A DNA stretch of 64,000 nucleotides. It comes from Rhodospirillaceae bacterium. Its GTDB lineage: Bacteria > Pseudomonadota > Alphaproteobacteria > Rhodospirillales > JABJKH01. This document shows positions 46,021 through 55,041 of this stretch, in pieces (position 1 is the first letter of the stretch; each line of letters begins with the position of its first letter). The translations under genes were made by a program, and so were the position numbers. Below the pieces are notes generated by a model, which saw only the letters and a program-made list of their open reading frames with translations, made no database searches and had not been told where the DNA came from. Location of the stretch: positions 16,031 to 80,030 of the forward strand of contig JABJKH010000007.1 in NCBI GenBank assembly GCA_018660465.1, written 5' to 3'.

Positions 46021-47139
46021 TTATGTCCCGCATATCCCCTTAACCTTGGCCCATTCAGCCCGCGTGAGAATTTTTGTAATATGCCTGCCCGGCGGACGTT
46101 GGCGCGCTTTCTCTTGTGCCGTAGCTACGCGTTCCTTCAAGGGTGGATGACTAGAAAGAAACGACATAATCCCGTCTTGATCACCTGCCTTTTCTTGAAG
46201 TCGTTTAAAAAAGCGCGCGGAATCTTCTATATCTAAACCGCTCCGCCGCATAAGCTCTAATTCAACCGCGTCCGCTTCTCGCTCTGCATCCCGACTGTAG
46301 GCCGATTGCAATGTCGCCGTGCTCAGTCCGGTAAGTGCCAACCCGCCTGCGACATCCCCAATCAGCAGGGTCATCAGCACCCCAAGGGTCGCGCCTTGAA
46401 CAACATTTTTTGTCGGGTGACGCAATTGGACGTGGCCAAACTCATGAGCCAGAACGCTTGCCAATTCGCCCTCATTCTTAACGAATTCAAGCATGCCTCT
46501 GAACAGAATAATTCGACCACCGGGCAAGGCCGCTGCATTTATAATCTTGCTGTTGATAACTGAGATTTTCACGGCTGCTTTGTCTTCAGCTCCCGCCACT
46601 AGCTTGCCGATCAGGCGATTTATCAGCGCGAGCCCTGCTTTATCGTTGCACAGCATCTCTTGCGCCGGGCGCTTTTCCATATAGGCGAGCCCCTTAATGA
46701 TTTCGTCGTGAACGCGATCCCCGACCCGGGCGACCGTGCTTACCGGAAGGGCGCGAGCGACTTGTTCGGCAAATAGGGGAATGCCTACTTTGACGATCAC
46801 CGTCACAGAAATGATTGCCGCAAGACCAACAACTAAAATCGTCCGCCAGCGACTCCTAAACTCTTGTGGGCCTTGATAAAGGCGAGAACAAACGGCCTCG
46901 ATCTTCGTCAGATCATCGCGCCGGGATAGCACCAACCGCTCCTGGCCCGCATCACCAAATTTCAACCTGACGGCTTGGCGCGCACCACCCTTGTCAACGA
47001 CACGAACATCTTCCGCCGGACAGTCGGCAATTTGGTTCCCGTCCGTATCTAAAACGACAACGCCACCCTCCCCAAAGACAACCTTAACAACATGGGTTTT
47101 CGCGGTTTTCCCGTCATTAAATTTGGCGTGCACTTCCAT
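46021..47139 (-). CDS. M48-family zinc metalloprotease with N-terminal domain and TM segment
   Basis: The HExxH motif is HEFGHVQLRH, with a downstream EREAD. There is one TM helix (ILVVGLAAIISVTVIV). Confidence 0.85.
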   Translation of the reverse strand: MEVHAKFNDGKTAKTHVVKVVFGEGGVVVLDTDGNQIADCPAEDVRVVDKGGARQAVRLKFGDAGQERLVLSRRDDLTKIEAVCSRLYQGPQEFRSRWRTILVVGLAAIISVTVIVKVGIPLFAEQVARALPVSTVARVGDRVHDEIIKGLAYMEKRPAQEMLCNDKAGLALINRLIGKLVAGAEDKAAVKISVINSKIINAAALPGGRIILFRGMLEFVKNEGELASVLAHEFGHVQLRHPTKNVVQGATLGVLMTLLIGDVAGGLALTGLSTATLQSAYSRDAEREADAVELELMRRSGLDIEDSARFFKRLQEKAGDQDGIMSFLSSHPPLKERVATAQEKARQRPPGRHITKILTRAEWAKVKGICGT

Positions 47140-47142
47140 CGC

Positions 47143-48426
47143 TTAGATGGCTCCCACATCAAATGCATCCGCCATGCCTTCGCCGTACGATGGGTCTTTC
47201 TGGGTCGATTGAATTATCTGCTCGAAGATGCCCTGATCAGGAACTTTCAAGGTTTCACAAACATGGCGAACCGCGTGAAAGCGAAACATCAAATGGACCA
47301 GAATCGGAAATACGAAAAGAAAGAGTAGCCCAATAACAATGACGAATAGAATCCACAACGGCAATATGACTTGAGCCATCGTCTCCGGTGTCAAATCAGC
47401 TAAAGTTCCAATTTCAAACCACACACTTGTAATCGCAAAAAGTACTACAGGGCTTCCCGCAAATACAATTGCGCAAACAACGAGCGTCAGAAATATCCGC
47501 CAAAGGACAAATGACGGGCGCAATTGGCTGTGAAAATCAAAATTCTTGAGTTTAATACCATTGATCGTGAACTGAAGTTCACGGGTCCGGTACCATACCA
47601 AAAAAATTGGGAACGACAAAAACAGAATAAAGAAACTTAGATAGCCTAAATAACCTCCCGGCTTTAAATCAACTTTCGTAGCCGTGCCCATTGCCACGTT
47701 CCAAATAGATTCGAGGTCGCTCCAATAGAAAAAAGCGAGTGAGAATACCGCCCCAGAAAATACCAGATAAGTCCCCAACCACGGAATAAACAAACCCCAC
47801 AAATCCTGCATCGGCATGTGAAAAGTCAGGGTCGTATTGCCGAACCGAGAATGATTCATACGGTATTCGATCAGCTTCGCCCGCATCCAGGGAAAGGCGA
47901 GGCCTAAACTCAGCACCGTCACAACGCCCCATACAATCGCCATTCCCAGATACGCCCAAGCAGAACCATCCAAACCGAATCGTACTCCCCGCCACGTCGT
48001 TCGGCTCAGCCTGAACCGCCACAAGCGATAGAATGCGACCTGGATCAACATATAGAGCGCGAAGTAATAGGCGACGTTTAGGGCTCGCTGAAAGATCGGC
48101 GCAGCCCCTTCCGCCATAAACTCAAGGCTGCTGAATATCCCACCCATCGGCAGCAATATGGCCAAGATGATCAAGAACCCAACCAACAACTCGATAGGAC
48201 GGCCGGTGTATTCCAGCGGATCACCAAAAACCCGGACGTTGCTCCAATAATACTGCCGCACCCAGGTCTTCGCCCAGAACCGATAAATCCCCAAGGTCAT
48301 GATCGTGAACAGGGCGTTCTTTAAAAGCAGCCAGAATAACGGCTTTCGCGTTCCCGTGAATTCGGCATCAGGGAATTGGTCTTCTGATTCCAGAAGGTCT
48401 TCAGACGTCATTCCCTGATTGGTCAT
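47143..48426 (-). CDS. YjgN/DUF898-family polytopic membrane protein
   Basis: The family-typical sequence is LFTIMTLGIYRFWAKT, repeated in a second half. The length is 427 aa. The gene ends 3 nt before the M48 gene. Confidence 0.72.
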   Translation of the reverse strand: MTNQGMTSEDLLESEDQFPDAEFTGTRKPLFWLLLKNALFTIMTLGIYRFWAKTWVRQYYWSNVRVFGDPLEYTGRPIELLVGFLIILAILLPMGGIFSSLEFMAEGAAPIFQRALNVAYYFALYMLIQVAFYRLWRFRLSRTTWRGVRFGLDGSAWAYLGMAIVWGVVTVLSLGLAFPWMRAKLIEYRMNHSRFGNTTLTFHMPMQDLWGLFIPWLGTYLVFSGAVFSLAFFYWSDLESIWNVAMGTATKVDLKPGGYLGYLSFFILFLSFPIFLVWYRTRELQFTINGIKLKNFDFHSQLRPSFVLWRIFLTLVVCAIVFAGSPVVLFAITSVWFEIGTLADLTPETMAQVILPLWILFVIVIGLLFLFVFPILVHLMFRFHAVRHVCETLKVPDQGIFEQIIQSTQKDPSYGEGMADAFDVGAI

Positions 48427-48473
48427 TGAGACTTTTTCATAGTTAACATCGGAGGTCCTAACTCTCTAATGAT

Positions 48474-48621
48474 GTGCCGCTGAGCACCCTTCGAGACGGC
48501 TTCTCCAAAGCCTCCTCAGGATGAGGATGTTAGTGGAGAGATTTAAATTAACAACAATATAATAACAACCTCATCCTGAGGAGCGCGAGCATCGCGCGTC
48601 TCGAAGGGTGCTAAGCGGCAC
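48474..48621. repeat. 148-bp REP/MITE-like composite palindromic element
   Basis: The outer arms gtgccgctgagcacccttcgagac and gtctcgaagggtgctaagcggcac have one mismatch. The inner arms are ctcctcaggatgagg and cctcatcctgaggag. The centre is AT-rich and there is an internal gcgcga-gca-tcgcgc hairpin. Confidence 0.75.
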
Positions 48622-48642
48622 AGACTAATCCCGATATCGAGC

Positions 48643-49656
48643 TTAGTCCTCCAGCGCTAGTATTTCCGCCACATCTACTTCGCGGCGTTCTTTTACCGAC
48701 GTGATGCCGGCCTTGATCACGGCCAAGCTTTCGGTGGCACCCTCGCCGCCGACCTCTGGTGTGCCGTTGCCGCGAATGGCTTCGGCCCATTCAATGAGTT
48801 CACCGACCAAATCATCAACTCTATCGACCTCAACCTTAAACTGTTTGTCTTCGCCTTGCTTTACCGCGCGCAGACCGTCGTGCAGATTAAAATAGGCATT
48901 CATCTTTTTGCCGTAGATGTTCATCACATAATTTTCAGTCGCCGATGCGTAGCACGTGTTCAGGGTCGAAATTGCCCCATTCTCATGCTTCATCATCAAC
49001 GTACCAACATCTGGATTGTCGCCTGGCAAGACAAGCTGCGACGCCATGCCGGAGACTGATTTTACCGGCCCCATGAGCATCATCAAAACATCCACGTAGT
49101 GGAGGCCAATTTGCAGCATCACGCCGCCCGGCATGCCTTCTGCTGTGTAACGCCAGTGACCCGGCTCAAACTGCCCCAAGCGGTCCCGACTGATGTTGGC
49201 TTCCGCATTGACCAATTTGCCAAAGTTTCCCGCTGCGATTTGTTCTTGAATCCAACGGAAGTGACCCTGGCGGCGGCGCTGATAGCCGACACCTAAGACG
49301 ACATTATTATCCTTACAGACCTGCGTGATCGCCTTGGCATCGGCAATCGTGTTTGCGATTGGCTTATCCAAGAACACATGCTTGCCCGCCTTGGCCGCCT
49401 CGGCTGTAGTTTCCAGATGGACGTGGTTCGGTGTCGTGTTAATGACGCCATCAATACTGTCGTCACCCAGAACTTCTTCAATACTGCTGGCCGCAGCACA
49501 GCTGTATTTTTCCGCGAAAATTTTTCGCTTTTCTTCAGACCGCGTAAAGCATGTCGCGATCTGAACCTGTCCATCGGTTCGGAGCGCGGCATCCGCCAAA
49601 ACATCCGACCACCACCCTAGCCCAACTGACGCAATGCGAATTGGTTCTGAACTCAT
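48643..49656 (-). CDS. Gfo/Idh/MocA-family oxidoreductase
   Basis: The Rossmann motif is IRIASVGLGWWS and the family motif is VFLDKPI. The length is 337 aa. Confidence 0.85.
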   Translation of the reverse strand: MSSEPIRIASVGLGWWSDVLADAALRTDGQVQIATCFTRSEEKRKIFAEKYSCAAASSIEEVLGDDSIDGVINTTPNHVHLETTAEAAKAGKHVFLDKPIANTIADAKAITQVCKDNNVVLGVGYQRRRQGHFRWIQEQIAAGNFGKLVNAEANISRDRLGQFEPGHWRYTAEGMPGGVMLQIGLHYVDVLMMLMGPVKSVSGMASQLVLPGDNPDVGTLMMKHENGAISTLNTCYASATENYVMNIYGKKMNAYFNLHDGLRAVKQGEDKQFKVEVDRVDDLVGELIEWAEAIRGNGTPEVGGEGATESLAVIKAGITSVKERREVDVAEILALED

Positions 49657-49677
49657 ACTTAGAATCTCCTATTTAAG

Positions 49678-51171
49678 TTAACTGGGAGCAGGCTGTTTGT
49701 TCCGCTCCGAATAAAATGACCACGCCACTGATGCTACCGACAAACATAAAAATGATAGGCTGATGGGTGAAGTGAAGAATATTGTGATGTCTCCCTTAGA
49801 CGATGTCAGCCCGACCCGTAGATATTCTTCCAACTGGCGTCCCAGCACTAAGGCCAAAAGCAAAGGCACCACGGGCACATCCAGCCACTTCATGGCGAGG
49901 CCCAAAAATCCAAAAGCCAACATCACGTAAACATCGAAGAAACTGTTGCGAAGGGCGTAACTGCCGACCACACACAAGATCGCGATGGTGGGCATGAGCA
50001 ATGCCTTGGGCGTTGCCAGCACCTTGACTAAAATCCGCAACCCCAAAAGAGCAATGATGAAATTAAATATGTTAGCCCAGAAAAACGAAAAAATAATTCC
50101 ATAGGCAAAGTCGGCCCGTTCCATGAACAGCAACGGGCCTGGGGCCAGACCATGGATCATCAACGCACCGATCAAGATCGCGGTTACGGGGTCGCCCGGA
50201 ATGCCCAATGTCATCATCGGAATTAGTGCACCGCCTGTTACCGCATTGTTGGCAGACTCCGGTGCCGCGACGCCTTCGACGGAGCCGTTGCCGAACACCT
50301 CCGGTTCCTTGCTGGCTTTTTTACTATAGTCGTAGCTGATGAAGGCGGCGATGGGCCCTCCTGCGCCCGGCAAAATTCCTAAAAATGCACCCGTTAGAGA
50401 GCCGATGGCGACAGGAACCCGCATCTTTTTCAAGTCCGCCGCCTTGGGCAGGATTGACCCGAGCTTGGCCTGGGTTCGCTCCGCCTTCTTGGCGTCCTTC
50501 ATCTCGATCAGGTTTTCCACCAACTGAGGTATGGCAAACAAACCAATCATGGCCGTTAGAAAATGAATGCCTGCCATCATATTGACGTCGCCGAATGTGA
50601 ACCGTGCCGTCCCCATCACCGGGTCTTGGCCAATGGTCACGATCAACAATCCGATGGCGCCGGACAACAAACCTTTAACCAATGATTTAGCAGCGAAACT
50701 ACAAATGATGGTCATGCCGAAAAACAACAGGCTGAACATATCTTGCGTGCGGAATTCCAGCGCGACCTCCGCCAGCAAGGGTGCAATTAGATACAGGCAA
50801 AAGAAACTAAACAGACCGCCGATAAAACTTGCGGTAATGGCGATGCCCAAGGCCCTGCCCGCTTCGCCTCTGGATGCCATGGGAAATCCGTCCATGGCCG
50901 TGGCTGAAGCAGATGGCGTGCCGGGTATATTCAATAGAACAGCGGAAAAACTTCCCCCTGTCATGCCGCCAACGTAAAGTCCCAATAACAATGCAATTGA
51001 AATATCGGCAGGAAGCACGAATGTCAGAGGGAGCAGAACAATAATACCCGTGCTGATCGTCATGCCGGGGATCATGCCAACAACGAGCCCGAACAAGACG
51101 CCAATCGATGTCGCAACAAGGCTGGTCGGCAAACTAGCCTGAGTCATACCTGCAAGAATATCGGGGCTCAT
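49678..51171 (-). CDS. tctA: Tripartite tricarboxylate transporter large permease
   Basis: The TctA-type polytopic protein has GTPASA- and GIPGDP-type motifs. The ATG at 51171 forms an ATGA overlap with the tctB stop. Confidence 0.9.
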   Translation of the reverse strand: MSPDILAGMTQASLPTSLVATSIGVLFGLVVGMIPGMTISTGIIVLLPLTFVLPADISIALLLGLYVGGMTGGSFSAVLLNIPGTPSASATAMDGFPMASRGEAGRALGIAITASFIGGLFSFFCLYLIAPLLAEVALEFRTQDMFSLLFFGMTIICSFAAKSLVKGLLSGAIGLLIVTIGQDPVMGTARFTFGDVNMMAGIHFLTAMIGLFAIPQLVENLIEMKDAKKAERTQAKLGSILPKAADLKKMRVPVAIGSLTGAFLGILPGAGGPIAAFISYDYSKKASKEPEVFGNGSVEGVAAPESANNAVTGGALIPMMTLGIPGDPVTAILIGALMIHGLAPGPLLFMERADFAYGIIFSFFWANIFNFIIALLGLRILVKVLATPKALLMPTIAILCVVGSYALRNSFFDVYVMLAFGFLGLAMKWLDVPVVPLLLALVLGRQLEEYLRVGLTSSKGDITIFFTSPISLSFLCLSVASVAWSFYSERNKQPAPS

Positions 51172-51629
51172 GGCACCAACCCGTCCATCACTCCGAGTGG
51201 CAATAACACCCCAAAGCCATAACGGAAAACCGAGAACAGTACGACTGTTACGGCAATAGACGACGATGCCACCCAAATCGGGCGGCGTTCTTCAAATAGC
51301 ACCATCATCGCGGCGAAGAAGGGAATGCTGGCAACGACGAAACCTAAGGGTGGTAGAATCAATAAATAACCAAAAAACAGCGCCAGCGAAGTGATAACCA
51401 ACCGTCGGGCGACAGGGTCAATTTTGCTTTCGCCTTCCTCAGTAAAAAACAATCCCTGAACCAACAGAGACACGCTTAATAGCAGTAAAATAATCGTATT
51501 GATCCATGGGAAAAAAGACGGGTCCGGGGTATTCGGCAAGGTCCGTACAGGCAATTCAGAAGTGAGGTAGCCGTACCAAAGGCTGATAAAAATCAACACC
51601 ACTCCGGCAATGATATTTTTCCGTCTCAT
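51168..51629 (-). CDS. tctB: Tripartite tricarboxylate transporter small subunit
   Basis: The 153-aa 4-TM protein lies between tctC and tctA. Confidence 0.75.
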   Translation of the reverse strand: MRRKNIIAGVVLIFISLWYGYLTSELPVRTLPNTPDPSFFPWINTIILLLLSVSLLVQGLFFTEEGESKIDPVARRLVITSLALFFGYLLILPPLGFVVASIPFFAAMMVLFEERRPIWVASSSIAVTVVLFSVFRYGFGVLLPLGVMDGLVP

Positions 51630-51718
51630 GTAACGGGTCGGCTTCCTACTTGGTCTAAAAATCGAAGGCGGCCCACCCCATTTTCGGGCGGGCCGCCAGT
51701 TTGGATTGCGAAGTTAAC

Positions 51719-52696
51719 TTATTTCTTAGGCTTCTTCGACTTGTACAGCCCGGCTGTCCTCAAGATCAATTTGACCTTTTTGTCTTCGGACGCGAGGTAC
51801 TTGGCGAATTCCTCATGACCCATCGGGGAAACGGTGAACCCCTTCTTCTTGGCAAGGCCCATGAAGGCTTTGGACTTCGCCCCCTTCATCATGGCATCAG
51901 CCAGCTTTGCCTTAATCGCATTCGGCGTTCCAGGTGCTACCGAAAGACCACGGAAGAAATCAATTTCAGCGTTATACCCGAGTTCCTTGGCCGTCGGCAC
52001 GTTGGGGAATAGTGAATTCCGTTTTGCCGATGGGAATGCCAGAATTCTCATTTTACCGGCTTTGGTTAAACGCTGCGCACCGGTCAGAGGCGCGATCATC
52101 GCGTCTGCCTCGCCGTTCAGAACCGACTTGTTCCGACCCTTGATGCCCTTTGGCAGGTGAATGGCCTTACAATCGATGGCATCCATCAAGGCCAGTGCGC
52201 CAAGATGGGTCGCACTGCCAATGCTGGCAATCGCAACCTTCAAGGTATTTGGCTTGGCCTTACAGGCTTTAATAAAATCGCCGAGTGTCTTCCATGGCTT
52301 GGTCGCCTTGATCGCGAAGGGCAGAGGCTGCACTTCAACCCGACCGACATGATCAAGCGCATTATAATCAAAGCTTGTGTTGCCCAAGTTGGTCGTGGTC
52401 AGCACGGAGGTGGAATTCCACGCGATCGTCTGTCCATTCGGCTTTGAATTTTTGACATAGGTGTAGGTGATTGCGCCACCAGCACCCGGCTTATTAACCG
52501 GCGTCACCGGCACACCCAGGACCTTGCTCATTTCCTTGGCCAGCAGACGTCCTTCGATGTCAGCACCACCGCCCGCGCCAAACGGAATTACGAATTCGAT
52601 TGGGCCTTTTGGAAAATCAGCCGCATAGGCTGAACCGGCAAATGCTACTGCTGCAACTGCCGCGATAAAGCCGGTCGTCATTTTACGTGAAATCAT
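51719..52696 (-). CDS. tctC: Bug-family / TctC periplasmic substrate-binding protein
   Basis: A signal peptide is followed by the family-typical IEFVIPFGAGGGADIEGR and NKPGAGGAI. Confidence 0.9.
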   Translation of the reverse strand: MISRKMTTGFIAAVAAVAFAGSAYAADFPKGPIEFVIPFGAGGGADIEGRLLAKEMSKVLGVPVTPVNKPGAGGAITYTYVKNSKPNGQTIAWNSTSVLTTTNLGNTSFDYNALDHVGRVEVQPLPFAIKATKPWKTLGDFIKACKAKPNTLKVAIASIGSATHLGALALMDAIDCKAIHLPKGIKGRNKSVLNGEADAMIAPLTGAQRLTKAGKMRILAFPSAKRNSLFPNVPTAKELGYNAEIDFFRGLSVAPGTPNAIKAKLADAMMKGAKSKAFMGLAKKKGFTVSPMGHEEFAKYLASEDKKVKLILRTAGLYKSKKPKK

Positions 52697-52908
52697 TTTT
52701 TGGTTCTCCCTGTTTGAGTGTCTTAAAATTTACCCGTAAGGCCCCTGTTGCCTCATAAGTGCTCACGGTTTAGTTACCCTGAACCTACCCGAGAATGTGC
52801 CCCTTCCGCAAGGCCTGTGAAATATCAGAAAACACATTTATTTTGTGGCAAACCAGTGGAAATTCTCTAACATGTGACATCGTTTATAAAATTGTGGAGT
52901 GCCAGAAT

Positions 52909-53763
52909 ATGTTAGAGAAAACAGAGGTCGCGACGGAAATTCCTTTCGATGTGGATATCTCGACCGTTCGCGCGATGGCAAATGTATTACCGGGCTCCCT
53001 TCCGGTGGCTCTTAACGCGATCAGCGTTGCGTCCTCTATCCGCCCCAGAAAGCTTGTCGTTGCCGGCGGTGATGACACGCCAACACCAATGCCGCGCACG
53101 GCCTATCAGCTCGTCTATGGCGATGGCACTTTTGTTTTAGATTCAGGGCTCGATCTCCAAACTCATGAATCATTCGGAAAAGGGGCAGCAGAGCCCTACT
53201 ATCCGGAAGAATACGCCAAGCTTCAAAAGGCGTTGGATCAGGCCAAAGGAATTTTCCTGAGCCACTATCACGGTGACCACGCAGGTGGCGTCATCATGTC
53301 GCCCAACTTTCCGGACCTCGCGAGAAAAACCATTATCTCCGCCGAAACGGCCCGGCTGTTGGTCGAAGAACCCCATCGCCCGCATTTGGCGATAACCGAA
53401 GACGACGTCAAAAACTTCATCGTCATCGACTACCCCGTGCATTATCCAATCGCCCCGGGTGTCGTCGTCCTAAAATCACCCGGCCACAGCCCAGATTCAC
53501 AGATGGTCTACATCCGCATGGCAAGCGGTCAGGAATTCCTGCACGCTTTCGACGTCGCTTGGAACATGGACAACATCAACTTGATCAAAGGCAAAGCCGC
53601 CCCGTGGATCATCGAAGACGAACCGCCGATCATCGGACAACTCCGCTGGCTCAATGGCCTCCAGACAAGTCACCCCGAAATCAAACTCCTCGTCGCGCAC
53701 GATGACCATTTGTTTGGTGAGTTTGAGGAGACAGGGGCGGTGGGGCTGAGTCTGCAAATCTAG
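52909..53763 (+). CDS. Metallo-beta-lactamase-fold hydrolase
   Basis: The HxHxDH motif is HYHGDHAGG. I chose the ATG at 52909, which is preceded by GTGGAG. Confidence 0.8.
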   Translation: MLEKTEVATEIPFDVDISTVRAMANVLPGSLPVALNAISVASSIRPRKLVVAGGDDTPTPMPRTAYQLVYGDGTFVLDSGLDLQTHESFGKGAAEPYYPEEYAKLQKALDQAKGIFLSHYHGDHAGGVIMSPNFPDLARKTIISAETARLLVEEPHRPHLAITEDDVKNFIVIDYPVHYPIAPGVVVLKSPGHSPDSQMVYIRMASGQEFLHAFDVAWNMDNINLIKGKAAPWIIEDEPPIIGQLRWLNGLQTSHPEIKLLVAHDDHLFGEFEETGAVGLSLQI

Positions 53764-53771
53764 GGGACGTT

Positions 53772-54980
53772 ATGAATTACGCCGTGCTTAAAAACACCGA
53801 TGCATTTCCACAAGATAAATTGGCTAAGAGAGAGTTTCTGCTCAAAGCGGTAGAAGATATAAAAGATACGCTTAGAGCTTCTGCTGAGAAAAGTGAAGAA
53901 CTGTCCACCCTAGCACCCGAAGCGGTTAAAGCACTGAGGGAATCGGGCTTATTTCGGCTTAAAATGCCGACGGTACTTGGCGGTGCTGAAGCTGATCCTG
54001 TTACGGAAATGTTGGTCCTTGAAGAACTCGCATACCATGACTTCACCAGTGGTTGGTGCACCATGGTGGGAGCGACATCTGTCGCGTCACTCGGTGCATT
54101 TTTACCGCAATCTGGTGTCGATAAGGTCTTTAAAGACGGGCACATACCAACGGCATCAATATCCTTTTTCCCGGCCGGTGTGGCAGAAAAGACCGAAGGT
54201 GGATTTAATCTCAATGGCCGCTGGCGTTTTAACAGTGGGATTGGCCACGCGGAATGGTCTGTAGGCGCGGCAGTCATCGATGGCACGCAAAATAAAGAGG
54301 GACCGCCCCAAGTCATATTTTGCGCACTCCCCAAAGCTGACGTTACCTTGCATCATAATTGGGACGATGTTGTTGGTCTCAAGGGGACGGGTAGCATTGA
54401 TTTTTCTGTCGAAAATTATTTTGTCCCCGATGATCTAACTTTTGTTTGGGATATGGAAGATCCGCAACCTGCTCGCGGCGGTGAGGCCTTCCACCTGCCG
54501 CCAATTTGTTATGCCGCGAAAGAACATGGCAGCGTCGCTATTGGCGTCGGGAGGCGCGTATTAGACGAACTGATCCATATCGCGACATCGACACGCGGGA
54601 CCTTTCGGATGTCAAAGCTGGAGGAACGTCACGTCGTTCAGCGCATCATTGGTGAGGCCGATCTGAAACTTCGTTCGGCCCGGGCATTGCTTCATCAAAG
54701 CTATATGGAAATAGAAGCCAAGACATTGGAGGGTTGGCGCCCAGATGCCGCGGCTATTACCGAAGGGCGATCCATCGCTGTTTTATGCACTGACATCGCC
54801 ATCGATATTGCGTCCAAGGCTTATCATTTTGCTGGTAATACAGCCTTACACCAGCCGCATATTATTGAACGCCTTTTTCGCGATATTCATACCGCTGGGC
54901 TTCATCAGGTCGTCAGTGACACGGCCTACGAAAACCAAGGCAAGATATTGCTTGGTTTACCGACCAATCCAATGGCCTAG
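53772..54980 (+). CDS. Acyl-CoA dehydrogenase-fold flavoprotein (dehydrogenase or group D flavin monooxygenase)
   Basis: The 402-aa protein has ACAD N, middle and C-terminal patterns (GLFRLKMPTVLGG, WRFNSGIGHAEW). Confidence 0.75.
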   Translation: MNYAVLKNTDAFPQDKLAKREFLLKAVEDIKDTLRASAEKSEELSTLAPEAVKALRESGLFRLKMPTVLGGAEADPVTEMLVLEELAYHDFTSGWCTMVGATSVASLGAFLPQSGVDKVFKDGHIPTASISFFPAGVAEKTEGGFNLNGRWRFNSGIGHAEWSVGAAVIDGTQNKEGPPQVIFCALPKADVTLHHNWDDVVGLKGTGSIDFSVENYFVPDDLTFVWDMEDPQPARGGEAFHLPPICYAAKEHGSVAIGVGRRVLDELIHIATSTRGTFRMSKLEERHVVQRIIGEADLKLRSARALLHQSYMEIEAKTLEGWRPDAAAITEGRSIAVLCTDIAIDIASKAYHFAGNTALHQPHIIERLFRDIHTAGLHQVVSDTAYENQGKILLGLPTNPMA

Positions 54981-55041
54981 GTTCCTGGATCACCGAAGAC
55001 GGACGCGGTGGGGCTGAGATTATAAAATTAGCCAGTTTCAG

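Noticed and set aside
53737-55018. Exact 14-bp direct repeat gcggtggggctgag at 53737..53750 and 55005..55018, flanking the ACAD-fold gene (possible insertion scars).
   Set aside because: Several chance 14-mer matches are expected in 64 kb. One copy lies inside the MBL coding sequence. There are no other mobile-element hallmarks.
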